From positions 727,355 through 791,354 of the forward strand of contig NC_134030.1 of NCBI RefSeq assembly GCF_964204645.1: 64,000 nucleotides of DNA. The letters are read 5' to 3'. How positions within the stretch are numbered: the stretch's first letter is position 1; every line of letters begins with the position of its first letter. The stretch comes from Tubulanus polymorphus. Taxonomy: Eukaryota; Animalia; Nemertea. The notes under the pieces are model-generated. The model saw nothing but the letters and a program-made list of their open reading frames with translations. It made no database searches and was not told the DNA's origin. The translations under genes and the position numbers were made by a program. Below are positions 33,135 to 44,111 of this stretch, in pieces.

Positions 33135-36100
33135 TTAATCAATATGAGTTGGTGCTGGTGAATCGAGACCGGTTGTATTCGTACTATCGGCTTCAGTTTG
33201 TGTTACTGATGTTCTCACTAAACTCAACGGTAATTCATGACGACGCTGTACACCTACCCCTGACACAAGCGATGACGGCTGCACACCTACCCCTGATACA
33301 AGCGAGGAATGCTGAACATCCGCTCCTGACAATGACGACTGCTGTACACCTACGCCCGACTCCCCTGAAGGCTGTACACCTACCCCTGAAATAGTCGCTA
33401 GCTGTACACCTACCCCTGACTCGAGCAGCATCGGTCGCGTATACTGTGTCGCATCAGACGGTGATAATTGAACGGTTGCCACGGTAACATCAGATTGAGC
33501 GGTGGTCGCGAGTTCCGAGAGACATCTCAACTGGGCGCTAGCGGTCAGACGTACGTTGCCGTGACAACTATTACCAACCGGCTGGTTACCACTGGCGACA
33601 GGTTGGTTACTACCGGTAACAGAATGGTTGCTACCGGTAATGGTCGATGGTAGTGAATGAATAACGTCTGTCGTCGTCGCGGTGATATTTACCGGTAACC
33701 GTGACGACGCGATTGACGCTAACATCGGGAAACGACCTTGAAGATTTTCCGGCAGAGAAATTCTCGATGCGACGATCGACGGAACAACGCGATTGGTCGA
33801 AATCGTAACCAATGACGACGGAGACGACTCGGTGGACTGGTCGTCGACGTCGATATCGTCGCCGGGAGGTAATATAGATGGCGCCGGTGGTGTTCCGTCT
33901 TTACTCTTCTCGTGTTCTAGTACGTGTTCGACGAACAACGAGTGATCCCTAAAACACGTATTACAAGCCTGACACTCGTACAATTCTCCGTCCGTTTCCT
34001 GTTTAATATCCTCGTCCGACGTCTGATGCAGTTGAAGGTGAAGGTCGTACGAGTTTAAATATTTGAATATTTTACCGCAGGTGGCGCACGTGAATTCACC
34101 GGTATCGGTAACCGCGGCGACGTTACCTCCGTGCGCGTCGTGTATCGCGGTGTGCATGTCGAAACTCGATTGAAATCGGAATCGTTTATCGCACAATTTA
34201 CAATCGTAGGAAACATCCGAGCGAAGTTCGCCTTCTTTCGGTATCGCGTGGCGACCTTTAATACGAGCCTGCGATTGGTGAACGCTCAGATATTTCTTAG
34301 AAGCGAACGCGCGACCGCATTCGCACACAAACGGTTTACTAGATGAATGTTGTCTGATGTGAACCGTTAGATCGCCTTTATACGTGTAAGTACGACCGCA
34401 GATACTGCATTTATACGGTTTCTGTTTCGTGTGAGAACGAATGTGTTCCATTAGTTTACTGAAATATTTGAAATGTTTCCCGCAGTATTCGCACGCTCGA
34501 ACCTGAGTCTCGCCGGTCGACTCGTCTTTATATATATAATCCTGCGGAGAGATCGTTTTATGCGATTCCTCGTCGACGATAATCAATCCGTTTATCGTTT
34601 CTTTCGTCATCTGTCCGAGATCTAGTTCTTTAACGCGACCCGACGATCCGCAAACCAGTCCGGAGTCCGGCTCAGATTTTACGCCGCTGTCTAGCGTTTT
34701 CGATTCCGACGAGGAGTCCGACGATTTAACCGATTCCGAACGTTGGAAGATGGTGTATTGTTGCGATTGTTGCGCGGTCGCCGCCGGTGATAACGGGGTC
34801 AGTCGGTACGTCGTTCCGTATAAGCTGCGTACCGCGTCGTTAGGGGTTAACGGCGTTAACTGTTGTAATTGAGCGGCGGTTGCCGGGCGTAAAGGAGCGA
34901 GAGTAGTCAATCTAGCGGTAGTATTATCGTTAGAGTGGTCGCCTGACCCGTCGACCGGTATCGACTGATCGACCGGTTCTAACCCTTGCGCCTCGGTGAT
35001 GGTCGTTAACCCTCGACTCGTCGGAACAATGGAAACCGGTAACGACCCGACCGTCGTTAGGTAATACTTTGGATACGCCGTCGCCGGTAACCGCGACAAC
35101 GCGTTCAATTTATTGATCGATTCTGATTGTTGGTCGTCGTAATAACGCGCCGAGTCGTAACTAGACGTCGTGGTTACCATGCCGACGAGTGAGTTATTGA
35201 CTCCCTCTGGTGAGAGAATGGCCGAACTATTGTGAATATTTCTTTCCAATTCGAGAACTTTATGAATGTTATTTTCAGCGGGAGTCGATGATGTCATCAG
35301 ATCGTGAAGAGCTTGACGTACTCCTTGTTCGCATTTAACACCTACAGGTGGCGCCACTAACTCCGATTTATTCTCGGCGGATGTCATTAAACCGTAAACG
35401 GCATCACGTGACCCGGAACCACCCGCGGTCGGACTACAGAAACTCTGTAACATCTCTCGAATAACGGAGGATGATCCGGAGCCACCCACTCCACCGCCGA
35501 GCGAACCCTTACGCGATAAATCAGTCGGATGATTCTGATCGATGGTTGCCGTGACTACGACGTCGTGAGGTACTGGAGCCGGAGTAGCGGTACTGGCGGC
35601 TGAAGCGAGGGCGGAGAGACTCGGAGCGGATGCACTGTGACACAGTATCGCTCCTCCACCGTGACCTCGCGACGGTGGAGGAGGTGGAGAATGATCCACT
35701 AATCTTTCCACACTCTTCTCTCTTTTATATAAAAAACTACGCACTTTATCTTTCACATTTTGACCACTTGACTGTTGACCAGTTGACTGTTGACCCGTTG
35801 ACTGCTGACTGGTCGACTGTTGACTCGTCGACTGATCACTCGACTCAGACAGACGTTTCTGATTGCGGTTGTCATGACGATGAAGCCTCTCGAGTATCTC
35901 TCGATGTTCGTGATGTAAATCATTAGGTAATACGACGTCGCTATGACGACGCTCTAACGGATTACGATATTGTTGTAGATCGTCGGGTAGAAGATTACGG
36001 TCGTCATGACGATGATGGTCGTCGACTCGTAGTACCATCGGCTGACCGATCAATTTAGATTTTAAAGTCTGCATATTCTGAATGTCAGTCGGAGGAGATC

Positions 36101-37097
36101 TGGAGCGCTCCAACATAACAGATCTGGATTGCTCCAGCGACGCAGATCTGGAGTGCTCCAGCGTAGATCTAGATTGCTCCAGAGGGGCAGATCTGGAGTG
36201 CTCCATGGCAGATCGAGAGGAGTGATCTGGTGCTGATCTGGAGGAGTGCTCCTGCGTGGATCCAGAGGAGTGCTCCGGATGAGTTTCGTCAGACATGTTA
36301 ACTTTTTTAATCACTATTCTCGCGTTGCGTTGTACGTTCTGATAAATCTGCTCGGGATCGTGCTCTGAAGAGGAGTGCTCCGAGGAGGAATGCTCCGATG
36401 GGACAGGAGTCTGATAACAGCGTGACGACATGGATGAATCCGACTCGCGACGTCTCGGAGGTTCCGGAGGAGGTCTCATCTCGAGTAGGGATGGCTCCGA
36501 TGAAAGTCTGCGCCGTTTAATCGGGTGGATGTAGTGTTTCGTTTCGCCGGGTTGTGTTAAACGTCGCGGTATTTCGACAATAGGTGGCATCTGATTCACC
36601 GGTGAGATTTTATCATCGTTAGTTCTAGCGAGAGATATAGGCGGCGCCACCGCTCGAGATAAGGACTGCTCCTGATAATAACCGGTCGTCGGGTTATTTA
36701 CGAGCGATTGTTGCGACGACGATGAAAACACGGCTGCACTTTGAGTCCCGGACTGCGGTCCGGATCCGGAACCTTGCGCCGCTGGTTGTTGATACGACGC
36801 AGCACCACCAGGTGGCAGTAGTGTTTGACTGTTATTCCCATACGGTAGCGATGAGGGGGTACCACTATATAGCGGTTTGGATGAGAGGTTCTGGATCGTT
36901 AAAGGTTCAGCTTTACTCAATAATTGCGCGATTTGAATAGCGAATGTTGGATGAGAATCGGACGTGATACACAGAGTGCCTTCAATCTGTATCTGTGATT
37001 TATGGGGAACTTCTTTCGTACAAACTTGACAAATCACATCGGTCAACAGAGCCTTAACACGTTCCTTTACTTCCTGTATCATCCTGTCGGTCGGTAT
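33135..37097 (-). CDS. C2H2 zinc-finger protein (6 fingers, one atypical), about 1315 aa, in one large coding exon; acceptor at 37098
   Basis: CEYC..HIRSH-TKQKPY-CSIC..HIRQH-SSSKPF-CEC.., CKLC..HTAIH, CATC..HLQLH, CQAC..HVLEH; uninterrupted 3.9-kb ORF. Confidence 0.93.
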   Translation of the reverse strand: MPTDRMIQEVKERVKALLTDVICQVCTKEVPHKSQIQIEGTLCITSDSHPTFAIQIAQLLSKAEPLTIQNLSSKPLYSGTPSSLPYGNNSQTLLPPGGAASYQQPAAQGSGSGPQSGTQSAAVFSSSSQQSLVNNPTTGYYQEQSLSRAVAPPISLARTNDDKISPVNQMPPIVEIPRRLTQPGETKHYIHPIKRRRLSSEPSLLEMRPPPEPPRRRESDSSMSSRCYQTPVPSEHSSSEHSSSEHDPEQIYQNVQRNARIVIKKVNMSDETHPEHSSGSTQEHSSRSAPDHSSRSAMEHSRSAPLEQSRSTLEHSRSASLEQSRSVMLERSRSPPTDIQNMQTLKSKLIGQPMVLRVDDHHRHDDRNLLPDDLQQYRNPLERRHSDVVLPNDLHHEHREILERLHRHDNRNQKRLSESSDQSTSQQSTSQQSTGQQSTGQQSSGQNVKDKVRSFLYKREKSVERLVDHSPPPPPSRGHGGGAILCHSASAPSLSALASAASTATPAPVPHDVVVTATIDQNHPTDLSRKGSLGGGVGGSGSSSVIREMLQSFCSPTAGGSGSRDAVYGLMTSAENKSELVAPPVGVKCEQGVRQALHDLMTSSTPAENNIHKVLELERNIHNSSAILSPEGVNNSLVGMVTTTSSYDSARYYDDQQSESINKLNALSRLPATAYPKYYLTTVGSLPVSIVPTSRGLTTITEAQGLEPVDQSIPVDGSGDHSNDNTTARLTTLAPLRPATAAQLQQLTPLTPNDAVRSLYGTTYRLTPLSPAATAQQSQQYTIFQRSESVKSSDSSSESKTLDSGVKSEPDSGLVCGSSGRVKELDLGQMTKETINGLIIVDEESHKTISPQDYIYKDESTGETQVRACEYCGKHFKYFSKLMEHIRSHTKQKPYKCSICGRTYTYKGDLTVHIRQHSSSKPFVCECGRAFASKKYLSVHQSQARIKGRHAIPKEGELRSDVSYDCKLCDKRFRFQSSFDMHTAIHDAHGGNVAAVTDTGEFTCATCGKIFKYLNSYDLHLQLHQTSDEDIKQETDGELYECQACNTCFRDHSLFVEHVLEHEKSKDGTPPAPSILPPGDDIDVDDQSTESSPSSLVTISTNRVVPSIVASRISLPENLQGRFPMLASIASSRLPVNITATTTDVIHSLPSTITGSNHSVTGSNQPVASGNQPVGNSCHGNVRLTASAQLRCLSELATTAQSDVTVATVQLSPSDATQYTRPMLLESGVGVQLATISGVGVQPSGESGVGVQQSSLSGADVQHSSLVSGVGVQPSSLVSGVGVQRRHELPLSLVRTSVTQTEADSTNTTGLDSPAPTHID

Positions 37098-37127
37098 CTG
37101 CTCAAAATAATCATCATTATCAATTAC

Positions 37128-37465
37128 AGGCTGATCATACAGTAGCTGATCACAGGGAGCACCTCAAAAATATTGATTAAAGATGGACTAGCTGATCATG
37201 TAGGGAGCATCTCAAAAGTATTGAAATAAGGACCAGATGATCATAGGGAGCATTTCAAAAATGTTGAAATATGGACCAGCTGATCATAGGGAGCATTTCA
37301 AAAATATTGATTATAGATGTACCAGTTGATCATGTAGGGAGCATCTCAAAAGTATCGAAATAAGGACCAGCTGATCATAGGGCGCATTTCAAAAATATTA
37401 AAATATGGACCAGCTGATCATATAGGGAGCGTCTCAAAAATATTGATTATAGCGTAGGGAACATC
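37128..37465. repeat. Diverged about 42-bp tandem repeat x8
   Basis: ggaccagctgatcatagggagcatctcaaaa repeated. Confidence 0.8.
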
Positions 37466-40400
37466 ACAGAGAAAGTTTCTCTTCAATTGTTGAATTCTAA
37501 CTCACAACTGCGGGTGGAACTGAGACAAATTTTTATTTTCTGGGTCAATGATATATCTCTAGGGATTGATTCTAGATATCGAGATTTTGTTAAACAATAC
37601 CTTAAAATCACACAGGGTTATTTACATTTACAGGTCAGACTTCACGAGGAGGGAGTCCCTACAATCACTCTCTCTTTCTATCTTATTACAAACATCTTCA
37701 ATGTCGACCTTCTTAAAAACAAAAAAATAAATAAATATTTAGAAAATGGTCACATGAATTTAAGAATTCAATTTCATTTCATCATAAATAAAAATTAATA
37801 TGTTTTGTTGAAATGTCAATATATGAATAGTTGATATAATTTCTGGAATCAACTTTTAAACAACTACTATTTACAACAGTTAAGTGGTAATGTTTTTTAG
37901 TTTGACAGTTAGTTAGGAATGTCTAGTGTTGACCTAGATTCGGTCCTGTCTAAATATCTCCTTCCTGACAATTTTCCAAGATGGCGATCCTGGAAAATCT
38001 GACCTTTTCTAGGATTCGATGTAACCGTTCGTCGGAACAGGGTTTAATGCGATTTCTAACAATACCCGACCGTTCTACGGATCGTCGTGGTGATAACGGT
38101 TATCAATTCGAATCGATTAAGACAATTCTTACCGGTTTAATTCGAGTAAATTTCGACTCGATTCCACGAAGTGAGGAACATTATTTCCAGGCACTACCAG
38201 CGCGCTCTAATCCACCTCCTAACACAGGAGAACAGCAGGTGCCCGTTAATTTATTTTCGTTTTCAAATAAATCGGTTTTTTTGCGCTAATGCGAAATTTC
38301 TCAAGCTCGACTTTTCTAAAGGGTAATTTCCATCAACGTCGATTTCGCTGATGGGTTTAGGTTGTTGCGCGAGAGTTGTGTTGAGTTGCAAAACGTGTCA
38401 ACATTACGTTTTCACTTCTCGGACATCGATGTGCCTGGAATCCGAGAAGTAATCACGTGACCAGAATAGATCGACGCGCTAGCCAGACGTCACGTGACCA
38501 CGAGCTGATTTATAATACACGTCCGGCGGAGTGTTCGAATCCCATAAATAGTATATTCCTCGCTTGCCGTAGCTGCCTCCATTGCGAAAAAAAATATTTT
38601 CAAAGTATCAAAATTTGTATTTAAAACAGGGGAACAAGCAAATATTTCTGAGGTCTCTTTCAGAAACATTTTTTAACCGAAATCACATGTCTCGTAAAGT
38701 GCACGCGACTGCACTGGAAACGCTCGTAGACATGTTTCCGGTTCCGCGTTCCCCCGTGTGCGTGTGTGCGGCCGTGCGCGCACACGACACAGGGAAACGG
38801 AAACACATTTCTGTCATTTCCATGTTTCCGTGCAGTGTGCGGTGTGCGGTGTGCGGTGTGCGGTGTGCGGTGTGCGGTGTGCACTGTTTACACATTTTCC
38901 GTGCCACGTTTTAAACAAACTGCAAACGTTTTGAACGCATTAAAAAACTAAAATCCCAATGATGGAAACATTTATGTATGCCATGTAAATTTAAGTGCAT
39001 GGTAAATTTACCCGACGGAACTGATTCAAATATCATTTCACTTATAAGTCTTCAAGTAGCTGTAGTGTCTACTGCGCTCGCGACGGCTGCAGGTGCCACA
39101 AATAATAATCATTCGGTATTTCCGATATTTTAGATTTGTTTAATTAGCGCGTGACGAAACGCAGGATTCTCTCGAGGACCGTGGCATGTGTTTTATGAAA
39201 AGGATACAATATTGTCAGTACTGGTAGTCACAACAGTACGGTGAACAGTCCATGTACGGTGCATGAAATTACTACAATCATCAAACAGATACAATCAAAC
39301 GTAAGTTGAAATTAATTAATACTTTTCACAATAGGAAATACTCGATGTTAAAAGTTTATAAATCGGAAATGGATTGTTTTGATTTTACAATACATTTTTG
39401 AATATTTTTCTACTTCAATTTCTACAAATATACATATCACAACTGCGAAGAATTCGACATTTTTAGCTAAAAATTTTCTGGCGTCACGTCATCTTTGAAA
39501 ATAAACTAATTTTAGAATTCTTCTTAAGTCAAACTAAACTATAAAACTGGATGCACTTAGCTGTCTCATTTCATGATGTTACTAAAACTTTAGAAATTTT
39601 TAGATTAACATTACAATTATATATTTCACACTGATTCGTGTTCCAGGCAAATAGAAGTTTTAGTTTTAAGGTAAATTTAAGTAATTCCATTATTGAATCA
39701 ATTGTTTGAGTTAACAGCCGTAAACTCAGTCCGCGCTGGTGACGGCTAAAAAGCCTAGCTGCGGTCAGTTCGAAAAACTTTAATAAAATAGAATAATTTC
39801 AAAAATATGGTACCCTTAAGTTGTTACACGAAGAATTAAACTAAAATTTATACCCACCAAATCAACGCTGGATTTAGTTTTTTTTTCACGATCAAAAATG
39901 GAAAATTTTTTGTTAATTTGCCAATTTGAAGAAAATATCCAATTATCGAAGACTAAAATCAAAAATTTTGAGACCAAGATTTGATTTGATTTAACCAAAA
40001 TCCCAAAACTGAGCACTCAAAACTTCTTTGATACCAACGTTATGATAAATTAAGTCTAGTTATTTTATGACGCAGCGTACTACCTGATTTAAGGTTAAAT
40101 TAACACAATTAACATATGGACTGCATTCTAATTTTCATTTTATAAAAACCGTTACAATATATGTGAGACGATGTGCACAACGTCATCAATATTAGCGTTT
40201 CAATTCAACAATCACAACTTTTTTTCAACTAAATATATTTTCAACTCTTATTTCATATTTGATAAATTCTAATGATTATTTTTGAGAGGTAGTGGACTAC
40301 GTCATCAATATATCGGGTCTAGACTGGTGGCGGGTCAATTCAATTCAATTGTCGATATAATTTCAAAACCAAAATAACTTCATTGATGCTTAATATTATA

Positions 40401-41451
40401 TCTTATTTATATTATATTTTCTAATGTCGACAATTTTCAGAAGTATATCAGAAGTTATGTGTTATTTATAAAGGCGTCAATAAACTTTTAATAAAGTTTT
40501 CTTGTTATCATTGTCCAAATAATATAATGTGTATAATGTGTATGTGCTATCAACGAGAGTAACGTTTTATTCCGTTATATAGACGATGACGATGATGACG
40601 ATGACGATGTTGAAGATGAATATTATTCTATCAGCGCTGTCCCTGTTACTGGCGTCATCCGCGACCGCAAACACCATCGATCTGAACGGTAAGAATCATA
40701 AACGCTTCTTATTAGAACGGGTTTGAAATGATGAGATAACGTTTCGGAATTGTATTTTTGGGCAGGGATGGATCCAGGTGTGGATCCAGTGGTGGATCCA
40801 CGGGTGGATCCAGGGGTGGATCCAGACTTTGACTTTGGGAGTATGAAATGAAATGAAAAAGGGAAAGTTTCCACATCAAGCAAAAACAGGGGTCTGTAAT
40901 GAATATAGAAGTTCCAGGGTACTCATACAGTTTCTAGACACTTGAGGGACAAACATATTGTAGGGAATCCCGGCACAAAACGAAAGATGAAGTCCGATAA
41001 ATGTGTCCTATATAGCTGATCAGTGCGGGATTCTCTACTTCATCGCTACAACACGGAATGGTGTTTTTTCAATAGTTACTTGAGGGACATTTAAGGGAAC
41101 ATTAGCTGAATCTTGCGCCGCTGCAGACTGTTGCTGTCTTATTAGTCACAGGTGGAAAAAGTACCCTGAAAAAAATAATTCCATTGTATTTCGAACTCCT
41201 TGCGCTCCTGTCTGGATTAGCAATAAACATTCTAACGACCAGCTGGGGCGCACTCAGTTCAACAATTCTCGATTGGATTTTTACTTTTGTAGATTACAAT
41301 TATATGTTCTTCAATTTAAAAAAGACTTCTGTAAATTCGGCAGGCGACCATCCGACTATATCTATACCACAGAGTTCTGTGTGTTCTACACTTCCATTTA
41401 GGATTTCAAATTTATCCCCTCTCTGTGCCGCTACCAACATTATGATATAGT

Positions 41452-41665
41452 AATGATAATAATAATATATGTCTTATATAGCGCTAAATCCAGCCAGGCT
41501 GCTCAGAGCGCTTTACATTTCGGTATCATTACCCCGGCCAATTTTCTACTCTAACATGTATCAGTCATCTCTCCCTGGGGAGAAGTAACACCGAGCTGCT
41601 AACAAACGCTCAGGAGTCATCTATCAGACCAGGTACCCATATATAACATATATAACTGTTGGGTT
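41452..41665 (-). mobile_element. SINE/LINE 3' end with an L2/CR1-type tail
   Basis: Minus strand: gggtacctg..ctccccagggag..tgtaaagcgctctgag..agcgctatataa followed by (tat)n. Confidence 0.55.
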
Positions 41666-42304
41666 TATGAGACCAAGCAAGGGGGACAATCATCCCTATT
41701 TCAGAATCGAACCCTCGGAATGACCGGTGCGTTTTATAGGTGTACACCGAATAAGCATCAAATCATCAAATCAAACAAATCGAATTTAATCAGATAATTC
41801 CTTCATTCCTTCATTCCTTCCTGAATAATTAATTTCAAGATAAAAAAATGAACAATTTTGACTCGAATTTAGTTTGATTCAACCAACAACTGTCTAACTG
41901 GTTGCGGTAAAATAAAGTCAATACAACACTGATGAAATTGAAAACTGGTTATCATTTTAGAAATAATATGTTCCATTATCCATTGGCCTCAGCCGTACTG
42001 CAATATTCAAACACTACTTCGCATGAGCACCTGTCCACTTTGGGCCTCGATAATCAAACATATGTTTAACTTTTAAATAAACTTTCAGCACAAATGTTCC
42101 CCGGGTTTCTGTGAACAGTCTTTGAGCAACTGGCTCTTGACGTTTAGAATATACTTATTACTGTGTTATTGATGTTATTTCAACTGTAGCTAGGTTTCTA
42201 TGTTTGTTGTTCAACTTCATTTTTCAATATGTTCAACAGAGTAAAATTGTTTGACTGTGGAACTGGGATATGGATTTCGATCTATTGAAAATTTGAACTA
42301 ATTC

Positions 42305-43748
42305 TGAGTTAACTCTAACTCAAGACAACTGTGGAACTGGATCCAGAGTTCAGAGTTGACTCTAACTCACAACTGTAGAACTGGCTCCTGAGTTCAGGGT
42401 TAACTCTAACACACAACTGTGGAACTGGATCCTGAGTTCAGAGTTAACTCTAACTCACAACTGTGGAACTGGATCCTGAGTTCAGAGTAAACTCTAACTC
42501 ACAACTGTGGAACTGGATCCTGAGTTCAGAGTAAACTCTAACTCACAACTGTTGAACTGGATCCTGAGTTCAGAGTTAACTCTAACTCACAACTGTGGAA
42601 CTGGATCCTGAGTTCAGAGTAAACTCTAACTCACAACTGTTGAACTGGATCCTGAGTTCAGAGTTAACTCTAACTCACAACTGTTGAACTGGATCCTGAG
42701 TTCACAGTTAACTCTAACTCACAACTGTTGAACTGGATCCTGAGTTCAGAGATAACTCTAACTCACAACTGTTGAACTGGATCCTGAGTTCAGAGTTAAC
42801 TCTAACTCACAACTGTTGAACTGGATCCTGAGTTCACAGTTAACTCTAACTCACAACTGTTGAACTGGATCCTGAGTTCATAGTTAACACTAACTCACAA
42901 CTGTTGAACTGGATCCTGAGTTCAGAGTTAACTCTAACTCACAACTGTTGAACTGGATCCTGAGTTCAGAGATAACTCTAACTCACAACTGTTGAACTGG
43001 ATCCTGAGTTCAGAGATAACTCTAACTCACAACTGTTGAACTGGATCCTGAGTTCAGAGATAACTCTAACTCACAACTGTTGAACTGGATCCTGAGTTCA
43101 CAGTTAACTCTAACTCACAACTGTGGAACTGGATCCTGAGTTCACAGTTAACTCTAACTCACAACTGTTGAACTGGATCCTGAGTTCACAGTTAACTCTA
43201 ACTCACAACTGTTGAACTGGATCCTGAGTTCAGAGTTAACTCTAACTCACAACTGGAGAACTGGATCCTGAGTTCAGAGATAACTCTAACTCACAACTGT
43301 GGAACTGGATCCTGAGTTCACAGTTAACTCTAACTCACAACTGTGGAACTGGATCCTGAGTTCACAGTTAACTCTAACTCACAACTGTGGAACTGGATCC
43401 TGAGTTCATAGTTAACACTAACTCACAACTGTGGAACTGGATCCTGAGTTCACAGTTAACTCTAACTCACAACTGTGGAACTGGATCCTGAGTTCAGAGT
43501 TAACTCTAACTCACAACTGTTGAACTGGATCCTGAGTTCATAGTTAACTCTAACTCACAACTGTGGAACTGGATCCTGAGTTCAGAGTTAACTCTAACTC
43601 ACAACTGTGGTACCTGAGTTCACAGTTAACTCTAACTCACAACTGTGGAACTGGATCCTGAGTTCACAGTTAACTCTAACTCACAACTGTGGAACTGGCT
43701 CCAGAGTTCACAGTTAACTCTAACTCACAACTGTGGAACTGGATCCTC
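42305..43748. repeat. 44-bp minisatellite, about 32 copies (same family as 6908-7488)
   Basis: Same unit. Confidence 0.92.
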
Positions 43749-44111
43749 AGTATTATCAATCTATTATAAACTGTTATCTATATATTCATTAACATCGCAA
43801 AAATGTTATATGAAATAATATGATATAAAATCCCACACCATAAGAATAAACCTATAGTTAATTCATAAAAGCGATTGGGACGTCAGATATAGATAGACCT
43901 CGTGGAAACATTTCAGACTCCAAGAATATACTGCGGATTCTGTTTCTGAATTGACTCTCCTAACCTGATAATGGCTGTTAACAACCGAAACGTTCTGGTT
44001 TCATTCTGATAAATTCTACTGAAGACGACATTTATCTACAGGTGTCATGGATTAGATATTGTTATATTCGATCTATGAACATGTGTTCTGTTTTTTATTT
44101 CTAATTTTCAG

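Noticed and set aside
41058-41450. First (signal-peptide) exon of the VWA gene
   Set aside because: A hydrophobic frame and TATA-like motif exist, but would need a 45-nt intron and weak donors; unsupported without transcripts
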